Below, piece after piece: positions 41,144-54,870 of a stretch of 64,000 nt of DNA (the stretch's first letter is position 1; each line of letters opens with the position of its first letter). The stretch is from Octopus vulgaris (lineage: Eukaryota). The translations under genes and the position numbers were made by a program. The notes beneath the pieces are model-generated. The model worked only from the letters and a program-made list of their open reading frames with translations. It was not told the DNA's origin and made no database searches. Location: contig OX597814.1 in NCBI GenBank assembly GCA_951406725.2, forward strand, positions 57,102,001 through 57,166,000, in the 5' to 3' direction.

Positions 41144-41516
41144 GATTGATTGATTGATTGATTCTAGTTTCAGCTCATGAGCTGTGGCCATGCTGGGGCA
41201 CCGCCATATATATATGCGCAGGAGTGGGTGTGGTAAGTAGCTTGCTAACCAACCACATGGTTCCGGGTTCAGTCCCACTGCGTGGCATCTTGGGCAAATG
41301 TCTTCTGCTATAGCCCCGGGCCGACCAATGCCTTGTGAGTGGATTTGGTAGACGGAAACTGAAAGAAGCCTGTCGTACTTATTCTTTGTAAGCCCAGGAC
41401 TTATTCTTTGTAAGCCCAGTACTTATTCTATCGGTCTCTTTTGCCGAACCGCTAAGTGACGGGGACGTAAACACACCAGCATCGGTTGTCAAGCAATGCT
41501 AGGGGGACAAACACAG

Positions 41517-41574
<58 letters not shown>

Positions 41575-42250
41575 ATGTTTGTGTGTCTGTGTTTGTCCCC
41601 CTAGCATTGCTTGACAACCGATGCTGGTGTGTTTACGTCCCCGTCACTTAGCGGTTCGGCAAAAGAGACCGATAGAATAAGTACTGGGCTTACAAAGAAT
41701 AAGTCCTGGGGTCGATTTGCTCGACTAAAGGCGGTGCTCCAGCATGGCCGCAGTCAATTGACTGAAACAAGTAAAAGAGTAAAGAGAGTAAATAGTATGT
41801 GTGTGTGAGAGAGAGTGGATTTGGTAGATGGAAACTGAAAGAGGCCCAAATACACTCATATGTATATACCTTACAACGGACCTCTTTCAGTTTCCGTCTT
41901 CTAAATCCACTCATACACACACATATGTATGCGTGTGTGTGTGTGTGTGTCTGGGTTGTTGTGTGTGTGTGTGTGTGTGTGTGCGTGTGTGTGTATGTGT
42001 GTGTGTCTGTGTCTGTGTCTGTGTCTGTGTGTGTGTCGGTGTTTGTTCTCCTATCACCGTTTCACAACCGGTGTTGTTGTGTTTTCGTCCACGTAACGTA
42101 GCGTTTCGGCTAGGAATACCGATAGAATAAGTACTAGGCTTTAAAAACAAGTCTCGGGGTCGATATGTTCGACTAAAACCCCTTCAAGGCGGTGTTCCAG
42201 CATAGCCGCAGTCAAATTACTGGAACAGGTAAATGAATAGAAGAATAAAA
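40700..42250. repeat. Cluster of SINE fragments in alternating orientation, separated by microsatellites
   Basis: Head at 41220-41375; tails at 41376-41523(-), 41581-41790(+) and 42040-42250(+). Short tail variant at 40702-40747(+) and 41163-41206(-). Confidence 0.85.
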
Positions 42251-42399
42251 AGATCTTCGATGCCTTTTTGTGTCTACATAGGCATATGAAACATTAGTGA
42301 AAGCATGATTCATATTAGGTACTAAGTTATCGATCGCGAGTGACAGCTGTACTTTTATTAAAATTTAGTTTATATATAGAACTTGTCCTGGTGTGCTCA

Positions 42400-42790
42400 G
42401 GGATGAAACAAAACGATTTTTGTTGAACTCGCATCCACCATAATCATGTACAACCACGCACATCTTTGGCAAAAAATCACACAATTAGTAAACTGGGCTG
42501 GTTAGTAGTCGCCTTCTGCCTACATTGTACATTGAGGCCTCCGACCTCCACCTATTTTAGGTTCTATGAAAGATAGTCTTCGGGAACAACTATTTGATGG
42601 TGCAGACGAGGCAAAAGTAACTGCAAAGAAGAGCGTACAATAAAGCGTACACTTGTCTTGGGTCCAACGATGGTGCAAATGTATCGGTTGTGGTGGAGAT
42701 TTGGCTGACTAATAACTGTGTATAGAGGAAGAATTACTCTAATAACATGTGCAATATGAACGACCTATGTCTATAAATGAAAGAAGTTAG
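42400..42790 (+). mobile_element. Mariner transposase 3' relic
   Basis: HHNHVQPRTSLAKNHTISKLGWLVV..SDLHLF..SMKDSLREQLFDGADEAK..RWCKCIGCGGD. Confidence 0.65.
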
Positions 42791-45700
42791 CGCTCTTTCG
42801 CATTACACTTAGTACTCATGGCTGGCCGCCGTTACATTTTTCTGCAAAATATTTTTTAGTTTATCCTGTTCATCATGCTATATTATTAGCATTATCTTAC
42901 GTTTGAGAAAAAATTATTTCCTTATCTTTCAGTACATAATATTTTGATAGATGCTACATTTGTTTTTTTAACTGTAGGAGACTTTAGTTTCACCCTATGT
43001 CCTCAACTGGAGGTTTACCAGTTTTGTAAACCAGCTTTTAAGAAATTTTCTTTTGATTGAATAGTTTTAACTGGATATTCTCATGTCTTCCAATGGCAAA
43101 ATGTAAATTTGGAGTTGGTTAAGGAGTGTTAAAGGGTTTACATAATAATTCACAACAACAATAGTTTTATGGCTTTTATTTGAGGTGCACGATATATCAT
43201 TCTTAAATAAAAATCACCCGCTTATTCTATTTATAAGTATATGTCAGTTGAAGCTAAATGAATTTAGAACAGAAGGGGAGAAAACTTCCAGAAAACTGTC
43301 TTTTTCTAACGCTACATCCTCCGTATCGTTAATTCTTTATATATGTCAATACACAATAACATTGCATGGGAGGAAAAAATTGCCATGTTACAGAAGTGAT
43401 ATTCTTTGGTTGCACCACAACTGATATGATCGAACATTACAGTCAAAATATCTTATATCTTTATATCTTATATAATATATGAAGTTGGATCTTACATTCA
43501 AATCATGCACAATTTGAACATTTGTGTATATACACATGATATATTTAACACATCGTTATCAATTTTTCCTTGACATCTGAGTTTACGGGAAAATTATAAA
43601 CAAATATGAATGGAATTGATCGTATTTCCATCTTGCACCGAATTCAATGAGTTTACTTTTTCCATTTTGTTTTCTTCAGGAACATCCTAGGTAATACTCT
43701 ACAGACGGGTATTTTCTGGAAAACTCACACCCTCAGTTCATCAAGTCTTCATTTTAAATATTCTTACAATATGATTGGAAGGACATTGTATAAGTTCAAT
43801 AAATGCTTTCATTGTAAATAGATTGCTAACTTTCTTGACTTAAGTTATTTTTTATTTTTATTTTTAAGGTTTTGAGATTTCATTAAATTAAACAGACTAG
43901 ATTTGAAATTTGCAATATCACTATAATATATTTCATTGATAGTTCCATAGACTATCCGAGATGTTGGCCTCACAATCATTACTAGTGGCAACATTTGCTA
44001 TATTATCTTGTTAGAGGTAAATTCTGTCTACCATGTTTTCCGAGCTTGGTTTTGGTTATTCTATCTTTATTAACCAAATCTATGTATGACGTATTGCCAT
44101 AAATAGGTTGTCAAGTATTTATCATCATCGATTTGAACATTGTCTACGAAATAGCATCATGCTTTCTAGAAGGGACCGCGAACATATGTTAAATATGTTT
44201 TGTTATTTTTTTGTCTACAATAGGAAACAAAGCTTTACATACTTTAATGCTATTACATTTTCAACACATTATTCAGCTAGTGAAGGACTGCGTGATCCTG
44301 ATATATTTTAGATACAAAGCATCCAAGTAAAATTGTCACATTTTCACAGATAGAAGACCTTGAAATTTCTTCTGTTATCTAAAATAATCCTTGCCATTTT
44401 TTGTACGGCAAAATTCTCCGCATAGCAAGAAATGGGGAGCTTAGATTTAACAGAAGTTATTATCAGAAATGTGAAGGCGCATGGCCTGGTGGTCAGGGTG
44501 TTGCACTCATGATTGCGAAATCGTGATTTCAGTTCTTGGAAAGAGTTGTGTTTAGAACAAAACACTTCATCTCAAGCTACTCTGCGATCACTTCGACACC
44601 TAAAGTGTTGTACATCGTGAACCTGCTCAGGCAACGTCGATTTGATGGGCGGGGAGTTAGTTAATGTACGGCACATGCATTTGATCACTAGAAACAAATT
44701 ATTTGTGCTAGTTGATCTGAAAAGAATTGCAGAACCGTTTTTCTTGGACTACGAGAGACTACCATATATTACCAGGAATGTAGAATAAGCTATTCTAACG
44801 ATCTGCTCACCAAAAATATAAGTGAAGTCAGTTTCTTGTCGCTATTTTACTCTCTGATGGAAGTTTCACAAGGTTACTTTCACATTTCTTTCTCCATGTA
44901 AAAAGTAGTTGTAAAAGCATTAAGAGATTACTTTGATAGTTATATGAACGTGAAATGCAAAATTTCCGACCATGGGGTTTTAGTTGTTTGATCATATGAA
45001 CTATATCTGCTCACTGAAATAGCTATAAGTGGCTACCAACTTCTACAGAATTTTAATAGTTCCACATAGTGTATGACAAAGCAGGTCTTTCGGATTACAA
45101 CCAATCCGACGGAGTCCAACGTTGTTTACATGCACACACTTCCACCCGCAAATCTGTGGGACTGCATAGGAAAATTGTTAACCACTCGGCCACATTAGAT
45201 TTACGAAAAGGTGATTGAAATGAAAAATTTAAGGCTGGATATCAGGAACTGAGTTGTGGAAACAGTCAACTAAGTTGTTGCCTTCAACTCTACTTTCATT
45301 GCATACCGAGATAATATTTCTACGAGAAATATACATGAGTAAACTGCAGTCCACGGGACTTTCTGAATGGCACGTCTAACGAAAGCTTACTTCAAAATTT
45401 TTTAATAACCCAGCCCGCCTGATGGTGAGTCATGCTGCTTCTTGAAAAAGTTGGTTATACCTGGTTTAAAGAGTATCCTGCACACAACATCCCCACCCCA
45501 CATATACACACGCGCACGCACACGAAACAAGTTATGAATAAAGAAGCTAGCAATTAAGTTTCTTTTCAATGAAATCAACTATTAGCAAACAATATTTGTC
45601 TGAAGATATTTATTAATATATTTATTCATTATTTGAAAGCAAATGTGCTCTTTTATTTAACAAGCTAATTTCCAGCACTTCGATGATTTCTGATAACAGC

Positions 45701-46109
45701 CCATAAACGAGCTATAATACCCATCAGTGAATATTTTAATTGATCTAAATTTGTTTTTTTTTTTTAGATAAAGCTTGATATTCAGGATGAGAAGAGTGGG
45801 GGTGCTAGATTCCCTTGTTAGAAAATATAAGGACACAGATCGTGTCGTATAGCCAGCTGGAGACGATGTCTCCAGGAGCTAAATTACAGCAATATTCGTC
45901 CTAAACCAGGACTGCCATGTTATGTTGGCAAACATTCTTTACTCCAAAGTACTGTTGCTGAATATATCTCGTTGTGAGATTTACAAATAGTAAATTATTT
46001 TTAAGAGTTATTTTGCTTGAAATGTTTCAAGCAATTATCTGCTAATTACCTGATCATTGTTAAATGGTTGGAATAAATTAGCATCAGAAGTGTTGTGGAG
46101 TGATAGTGA

Positions 46110-46681
46110 TTTAAATTTTGGCACAAGGCCTGCAATTTAGGGGTAGTGGGTAAGTTGATCATATCGATTCCAGAGTGCTCCCCTGGTACTTATTTTAACG
46201 GCCCCGAAAGAGTGAAAAACAAAGTCAACCTCGGCGGAATTTGAACGCAGAATGTAAAGACGGACGAAATGCCGCTAAGCACTTTCACCGGCATGCTAAC
46301 GGTTCGGCCAGTTCGCCGCCTTATGTGAAGTCATTAATATGACCATTAGCAAAAGACGTTGAATAAATAAAATCTGTCATTTATTCATTGCACGTTTACT
46401 TTCATATTTCCGTCTATATTAATGTTATATACATAGACACTGTAGTCTTCTTTCTTCATGATAATAATCATCCTTTCTACTATATGCACAAGGCTCGAAA
46501 TTTTTGGGGAGGAGTTAAGTCCATTACATCAATTCCAGCACTCAACTAGTACTTAATCTATCGACCCCGAAAGGATGAAAGGCAAAGTCGGGATCGGTGG
46601 AATTTGAACTCAGAATGTAAGGACAAGCGAAATGTCATTCAGCATTTGGCCCGGCGTGCTGACGATTGCCAGCTCACCACC

Positions 46682-46685
<4 letters not shown>
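46110..46685 (-). mobile_element. Two copies of a third SINE family (GGCGGCGAGCTGGC-like head)
   Basis: Shared body ..GGCACAAGG..GTACTTA..CCCCGAAAG..AAAGTC..GGAATTTGAAC. Other copies at 30660-30885(+), 51870-52060(+), 53255-53655(-), 55275-55490(-). Confidence 0.75.
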
Positions 46686-46752
<67 letters not shown>

Positions 46753-46789
46753 GTATACACGATATAAATTAGAAGAAGGGAATTATACA

Positions 46790-47985
46790 TAGTATGCGCC
46801 ACTAGAAGGAGAGGAAAAAAGTGATATTGATGGTGACACCCTGATAGAGGAAGACCTCTTGGGATAATCAAGGAACCCCATCATCCAAGATCACACTGAA
46901 CACCAAGGACGAGAGTCCTCTCCAACTCCTTTCTTTCGCCTCATAGGTCTGCAATGAGAGTGATACCATCCACTCTTGCCATTTTCGCAACTTTCACCCA
47001 TCTTTTGATAAATTCCCTCGAGGACAGCACCCCACTCTCCAGCCTCACTTTCCTTTTCAAGAGGACTTTACCAAAGAGGAAAGTTTCTGTCCTCATTCCT
47101 TTCATCCTCGTTCACCAGACAATCTCTTTTTCCACAGCCACCAGACAAAGGAAAACTGCCTTGCCAGCCCGATTAAAGGAAGGCGATGGGACAATCATCA
47201 TTATGAACTAGGATGACAGATTGACTTGATTTACACGCGACATCAGCTGTTCGACATAACTCTACAAGTCAGCAATGCCCGAACACTAAACGAGTGTATG
47301 CAGATCGGTTTCGTCGCTCTGAACGCACCTCGGACAAGCTCAGCTGACTGCACATCCGTGCCTATTGAGTTTATCTCGAACTGGTAGTGCCCCGCCCAGT
47401 AACACTGCCAGTCCAAAGACAACAGGAAATTAGCCATAACAGTCCCCAACCGGAAAGTCCTCCGGAATAGACTTGCCAGTTCGTCTTCGTTAACGCCTAG
47501 GGTCTCCCTGAGGACGTCGTCACTCTTCCCCGCTACTAATCTTCTGTACATATCTAAAGTGGAACATCCAGCGATCCTGTTGCTGGACTTGTATAGGACA
47601 GTGAGCGCCTGACGATATTGTAAGTGCCAGGCGTCCAGTCTCGACCTAACCTTTACCCAAGACTGCAGCTCCGTCAAGGAGACGAGCTGCGGAAAGATGT
47701 GTCTCGCAAACGGAGCCCACACGCGTTCATCTTCTAGAAATCGCTGCAGATGATGCAACCTGAGTGTGTGTCTGCGCATTAAAATCCATGGCATGCCTAA
47801 GCTGCCACGCAAAGGAAATTGACAGCACACTGACCGCTTGATCATTGGAACGCGTCCTTTAACAAGGAAATCAACAGGGTATGTTCCAAACTAATCAAGC
47901 TATAACTGGGGCAAGGCACAACGGTCAGGCGATAACTAATGACACTGTGATGTAGGCATTCGCCACCTCTGCCCGACCTTTCAGG
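46790..47985 (-). mobile_element. Tx1/L1-clade ORF2 3' fragment, related to 2605-4620
   Basis: KGRAEVANAYIT..ISYRLTVVPCP..MIKRSVCCQFPLRGSLGMPWILMRRHTLRL. Bordered by microsatellites. Confidence 0.7.
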
Positions 47986-47986
47986 A

Positions 47987-48024
47987 ACAACAACAACAAC
48001 AACAACAGCAGCAGCAGCAGCAGC

Positions 48025-48110
<86 letters not shown>

Positions 48111-48111
48111 C

Positions 48112-48149
<38 letters not shown>

Positions 48150-48150
48150 T
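47987..48150. repeat. (CAA)n(CAG)n(CAA)n(TAA)n microsatellite
   Basis: Read directly. Confidence 0.96.
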
Positions 48151-50299
48151 TAATAAGCTATTCAATTGATTATTGAGCATATATCTTTCGTTTGTTTTAG
48201 TCATTAGACTGCGGCCAAGCTGGACACCGCTTTAAAGGATTTTAGTCGAACGAATTGACCCCAGTAGCTTTCTTTAAAGCCTGGCACTTTTTCTATCGGT
48301 TTCTTTTGCGGAACATCTAAGTTATGAGGACATAAACAAACCAATACCGATCATACACACAGACGGGCACACATGCGCACGTGCGCGCACACAAACTGTA
48401 TACTGTTTCATGGTCAACAGAAAAGTACACCATCTGGTGAGAGATAAATATTGTTTAATAAACACTGTGTATATTTTTATGAGCTACAAATAGTTTCATG
48501 CAACGAAAACAACTCAGACAGCATTTTACAACATGCCAGGTGCCTTCATGCAATCTTCAGGCTATACCCACATGCCATACACAAGCTAAACCAAGACGCT
48601 AGAATAAGGGAAAATACGACAAAGGACGAGAAAAAGGCAAATGTAAAAGGTGGAACGTAGGAAACACCAAAAAACGAAAGGAAAAGAAGAAAGAAAAAAA
48701 GAGAAGAATTAGAGTTATGTCCCCTTCCACCGTAAAGTCATAATAAGCCTGAATGGATAGGGGCTTAAAGTCTGTGGTACATCTGCTCAGTATATGACGG
48801 GTTTCTTTCAGCTTCCGTATACCAAATCTATTCACAAGGCTTTGATCGGTCCAGAGCTATAGTAGAAGACACTTTCCCAAGGTGCCATGCACTGGGAGTG
48901 AACCCGAAATCATGCGGTTGGGAAGCAATCTTCTTACCACACAGCCACCCCTGCGCAAAAAGTATTTTCTGTCTCTTGAATAGTTTTCCACACCAATTCC
49001 ATCTTAACTATTATATTCACTCGTCTGTCCTAATCTCAACGTGTCCTCTGTGTCTCTCAGAGAATCCTCAAGCAAAACATTTTGTCAAAATGTTTATCTC
49101 CACTCTAGATCTATATTCCCCTCCAGTTTTATGCAGTTATCAACTTTCAAAAATTTAATATGAACATCAACCGTATCGTGATAAGCAGTGTCAGAGGTCC
49201 GGCATAATCTTTGTAGAGGTGCATGGCTTAGTCGTTAGGATGTTGAACTAATGATCGTAAGATTGTGGTTTCGATTCTTCGATCGGATGACGCATTGTGT
49301 TCTTGAGCAAAACACTTCATTTCATGTTGCCCCAGTTCATTCAGCTAGCAAAACTGAGTAATTCTGCAACGGACCGGCGTGCAGTCCAAGAAATATATGG
49401 GCCACGGAAACCAGGAAACCGGGCCTATGTCTCTATATGACTCGAGAAGAAATTTTATCCTTTATCTGTTATTCATTGTCTTTGCTATTCAAATTTAAAT
49501 GTAAAGAAAGTGCATAACCTGGAGAAAGTAAATACTACGTGGGTTTATTAAGCGATGCACTATTTCATCGAACCAAATACTTGAACATATCTGACCATAT
49601 TACAGTAAGAATACACATCATCATTTTGCTGTTAATATCAAAATATCTCGTTAGATAATTTCAAGGGCTAGTAAAAAAGGAAAAGGAACAACAACAAAAA
49701 AAGGAAGAAAAGAAGGCAAGGTTAACTTTTAATCTAGTCGGAGGCGCAGCATCCTTGATATTTCGAAGCAGCCATGATATTTCGAGGTGTTCATGATATT
49801 TTAAGGCGTCCATGATACTTTGAGGTGCGCTAAACTGAGGTATGTTGATGCAGCTGATATTTAGTTGCTAATTCTCTGGGCCAATACAGTTGATGCCATT
49901 GCAACTACTGGATGTTGATATTTGTAGGTAAATCATGGACAGGTGGTAATTCTGAGAGCTGCAATTCTGGGTATCAAGGATCAATCAAAGTGTTTAATGC
50001 AGAGTTTGTGGAACTATGAGGTTTACTTTAGATAATGAATGAAGGAGAAAACTGTATCAGGTTGCTTCTAGGAGGAACGTGCAAAGGATTGCTTCTATAG
50101 GAAAGGCAAAAACCGTTATAGAAATGATAGATGAGACGTAAAAGACAAGAAAAACTGTGAACTAATGGCTGTGATATGTTGGCGAGTGAATGTTATGCTC
50201 GTCAGTTAGCTTTGTAGGAGATATTGTGTATACTGTTTGTATGTTTGTAGCAACAACATTATTCCAAACATCGGAGCAATTCGCAAATTTCAGCTTGAA

Positions 50300-51140
50300 G
50301 AGGATGAGAAAGAGCAAACATATTTCATGCTCTAATTCAGGGTTTCACAAACCGGAGAACATTACTCCAAGTAGGGTAAAAATGAAATTCTTGGTGGTAA
50401 TGAGGATTCATTAGACATAAGTAAAAGCTTTTATATTGGAGACAGAAAGCAAAACAAAACAAGATAGCTGCCTTTTTAAAGTTAGCCTTACTTTTGCAGG
50501 ATTGGGAAAATAATACTTTTGGCGACATCAAGAATACAGTTATAAAGCATCTTACCAAACTGGAAGGGTGCTTCTCTGATTACTTTCCAGATCTTGATTC
50601 ACATACTGTCAGTTGGGTTGTAGATGCTTTTAAATGTGAAATTGCTGATGTTCCAGAAGAGCCTCAAGTGTTGGTAGAGACATCTCTTGAACATCGATCC
50701 AATGAAGCACATTGAATTTGAAAACAATGCAGATCTGTCGCACTTTTGGATGTCAACTGCAGCAAAAGCTTTCAAAACTATATATGGGGAGACAGTCAAA
50801 AAGTTGCTGCCTTTATCATCAACTTATCTTTGCAAGCAAGGACTTTCCACTCTAATAAACATAAAAACAAAGCAGGGGAATTGATTGAACCCCGAAGGCT
50901 ATCTAAATTGCTCTGGCATCAAAATGCCCCTCCTTTTGTTTCATAATGAGAATATTAATTCGTTTTATCGCATTCGTTTTATGCTTTTCATATTTATAAT
51001 AGATTCAATATACTTTTTATATTTATAATAGATTCGATAAACCTATTATATTCTTCCTTTCAAATCAAGGGTGTAACGTCGGCGTAAATAAATATATTTT
51101 GGGGTAACTGGTTAAAAAAGTTCTGCGACACTTGATCTAA
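50300..51140 (+). mobile_element. hAT (Buster/ZBED5/FAM200-like) transposase C-terminal relic and 3' end
   Basis: VIKHLTKLEGCFSDYFPD..SWVVDAF, LSHFWM..KKLLPLSSTYLCKQGLSTLINIKTKQGN (hAT dimerisation region). Confidence 0.8.
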
Positions 51141-52166
51141 TTAGGAAACTTAATCTCTGAGAAAAAAGCAGTTTTGCAATTGATTAAATGATCTGTTGTT
51201 ACATAATATACCTCTGAATTTCTACAGAAAGAAAACAAGTTGGAAATTAGATTATCCACATAATATTTATAGTTTATCTGTCAAGGGTCAAAATTTGAAG
51301 CCATCATTCCCTTCGTTTCCTATGCAGGGCTTGTGTTGCCTAAATAATATGTCAAATTATAAATTTATGGGAGATTTAAGTACTGTTCTTACTCTTTTAA
51401 TAATTTTTCTGCCATCCTAGTATTCTAAATTTATTTATTGATATATTTTTTATTTATTTATATAATTTGAACAAGTATGGCTAAGCATATGATATTGTCG
51501 AGGTCACCTTTAGGGGTAAGCAAGCCGAGAAGAGGAGAGACGACTGAATATCGTATTTAAGTGGGGCTAGATCCGATAGGGGCTAACTATTCCAGGGACA
51601 GAGAATATATAAGCTTGACAATTAAGTGGGCAAGATTTTTTCCTGTATCCAAACAGTTGTATTTGTAGTATAAATATCGACGGAGGTGTGAAAGTATATA
51701 TTCTATAAATGAACATTATTACAATCTCATAATGAAGACGAATATTTTTCATTTGTTCAACGTCTTTAGTTAATGGCTGAAATTACTTGTGCTACCTTAT
51801 TCTAACCATTTTGCAATGAACGAACGGGTAATTCGCAACTGCGAAATATTTTAGGGGAAGTAACTCTGCTTAGCCTAAATGAAATTTGGTGACGTGTTAA
51901 AACGCTTAAAGAATTTCGCTTGTTATTACGTTCTGGGTTCATATTCCATTGACCTTGACTATCATCCTTCCGAAGTCGATAAAATAAGTACTATTCGATC
52001 ACTGAATTGATATAACCATCTAGCCGCTTCCCCCAAAAAATTTCATGCTTGTGCCTTTAGTACATTAATTACCAAATTACCACTAATGAATGTTACGCTA
52101 ATTAGTAGAACAGCTGTTTACCAAAAATCAATAGAACGACGGATATGATTTTAATGCTTTTAAATA

Positions 52167-53250
52167 CGAGGGAGTACTGAAAAGTTCCTGGCTTTGGGTA
52201 AAAGAAAATAGAGGAGGATCAGTTAATTATAACTTTATTCAACATATTCCCCTCTGAAATTACACGCTTACTGCAGTGGTCCTTCAGTTTTTCTAAGCCC
52301 TGTAAAAAGAATTCGGAAGGTTGGGTCTCCAATTAGGCCTCTGTAGCAGCGATCACTTCCGAACTGGAGCGAAATTTTGTTCCCTTGAGATATTTTTTTC
52401 AATTGTGGAAGGAGGTGATAGCTGGAAGGGACCAAGTCAGGAGAGTAAGGTGGATGATCTACCAATTCGAAGCCAAAATCGCGCATTTTCAGTAGAATTT
52501 CATGTGTTGTGCGTGCTATGGCTCAGCTTTCCACATCGTTTCTGTTTCAAAGTTAAGTTACCCGCAGTTCATTCAATAAAGACACGTAGTATCCCCTGTT
52601 AATAGTGCGACCCTTTGGCAGGTATTTTATGAGGAGTACTCCGTCTTTGTCCCAGAACACTTAAGCCACAATCTCTCCAGTTGATTTCTTGGTCCAAAGT
52701 TTCTTGGGACACGTGAACCGCTGTGGTGCTACTCAGTTGATTATTGCTTGGTTTGCAGATTATAATGATGAATCTAAGTTTCATTTATGGTGACTAAACG
52801 AGTCATGAAATCAGCCTCTCCCGCTGCAAACCGGTCCAAAATCGCCTTTGATATTATCATTTTGATGCGCTTCTGATCTGCGTTCAGGCATTTTGGAACC
52901 TATTTTGCCGAAAGCTTTCTCATGTCCAGAATCTTGGGGGTGATATGGCTAACTCTCTCGCGAGAAATCCCTAGAGTCTCGTCTATAACTTAAGCTGAAA
53001 TCCGGTGGTCCTCGAGATCAGGACGTGCACAGCGCTGGCTTTGTTCTCTGGAGTCACGGAAGGTGGCTGTTCTGGCCGGGATTCATTTGTAACCTCGAAA
53101 TGGCCAATCAGAAACATTTTCACTGTGGAGTAAGATGGGCAGCCATCCTTCAAGCCTTCCTTCATCTCGTCATGGATTTCCACCGCTTCTTTGCCTTGGA
53201 AAAAGAGGAACTTCATGACCGCCCATAGTTCAATTTTACCAAAATCCGCG
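52167..53250 (-). mobile_element. Decayed near-complete mariner element
   Basis: KFLFFQGKEAVEIHDEMKEGLKDGCPSYSTVK (HTH) to FGFELVDHPPYSPDLVPSSYHLLPQLKK. TIR CGAGGGAGTACTGAAAAGTTCCTGGCTTT after TA. Confidence 0.87.
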
Positions 53251-54548
53251 GTAGGGATATGCTGATTAAACTAACACCAGTCTTCAGCTGGTACTTATTT
53301 TATCGATTCCAGAAGGATAAAATGCAAAGTCAACCTAGGCGAAATTTGAACTCAGAAAAAGACGGATCAAATGCTGCTAAACATGTTGCTGGGCGTGCTA
53401 ATGATTCTGCCAGCTTGCTGCCTTAAATACCACATATATAGAGTTTTCAAATTTTGGCACAAGACCAGCAAGTTCTGTGGCTGGGATAAATCGATTACAT
53501 TAACCCCAGTGCTCAATTTTATCAACCTTCAAAAGGGTGGTGGGCAAAGTCAGTGTCAGCTTCGGATGAATTTGAACTCAGAACATAAAAATAGATGAAA
53601 TGCCGCTAAGCAGTTTGCTCGGTGTACTAACGATTCTGCCAGCTTAGTTCCTTAAATGCCACGTATATATTGAAGACAAATATGGAAACGTCTATATAGG
53701 GGCTTCACTTGATTAAATTGCAATCCAAATCTCTCCTAAAATCGCGTCTAATTTAAGAAAAGGAAACGTTGAATATTGTACTTGCACATATCCACTTTAA
53801 AAAACAATATCGTAACAATTGGTTAGCTAGCTATGCTGCTAAACAACAGCAACAATTCATCCACTTGTTTCTGAAGTTAATTTTTAAAATATATATGCGA
53901 TATCAGAAATTTTGTAATTATAAATATATTACTATATAAACAATGTACATATCAGAATTTCAGTATTTAGATAATTATGTGATAGGTTTTACTTCCAGTC
54001 CGTGTTGAAAACACTTTTATACAAAGACGGAGTCAATTAACTGCAACTCCGCTACTAAAGGATTAAACCTTAAACGCCAGAAAAGGGTTGCATGATTATG
54101 TATTCCAAACGGACAAAGGAAAAAAACGTAAAATTCTCCATCCTCCAGGCTTCCCTCGTTTTGTTTCTTTTTAATGAGTAGGTATTTTCCGTGCCACAAC
54201 TAGCTAGAGTTATTTAAGATATTTCGGGATAAATCATACTTTTTCTTCTTTTAGAATATGGAGTTATTACAAACGTGATTTGTCAACCATCTCAGTTGAC
54301 AGAAAGAGGATCCGAATGAAAAAAATATAATTCAAACAAATATATTCCTTACTGATATAATGAATTATGCCCCTTGAAGGTTAAAACAAAGTAATTAGGA
54401 ATTCTCTTCCTTCACAAGGGAGCTTATTGTGGTGTTCATATTCTGTCAATTAAAATCACGGTCTGGGAATGATGATCGGCACCATTTAACCTAGACTACA
54501 GCTGTGAGATATAGAGAAGTAAACAACGCTGGTTATCTGTGTATGTGA

Positions 54549-54590
<42 letters not shown>

Positions 54591-54660
54591 ATATATTCTC
54601 TTATGCGCTTCAGCCAAAAAGGTTGTGGCCATACTGAGACACTGCCATTAAAAAATAACA

Positions 54661-54726
54661 CACAACAGACAGGGTTCGAACCTTTGCGGATACAACCCAT
54701 TGGATTTCGAACCTAACACCTTAACT
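54661..54726 (-). pseudogene. 5'-truncated tRNA-Ser(CGA)-like relic
   Basis: Minus strand GTTAAGGTGTTAGGTTCGAAATCCAATGGGTTGTATCCGCAAAGGTTCGAACCCTG: anticodon arm with CGA, long variable arm, T-loop. The 5' half of the acceptor and D arms is missing. Confidence 0.65.
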
Positions 54727-54836
54727 GGTATGTGTGTATGTATGTATGTATGTATGTATGTATGCATGTATGTATGTATGTATGTACGTATGTATGTATG
54801 TATGTATGTATGTATGTATGTATGTATGTATGTACG

Positions 54837-54870
<34 letters not shown>

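Noticed and set aside
43545-43590. Minus-strand GKIDND resembling EF4
   Set aside because: Six-residue match with no helical context; chance.
49750-49830. Four degenerate ~18-bp repeats (CATGATATTTCGAGGTGT-like)
   Set aside because: Short minisatellite with no evidence of function.
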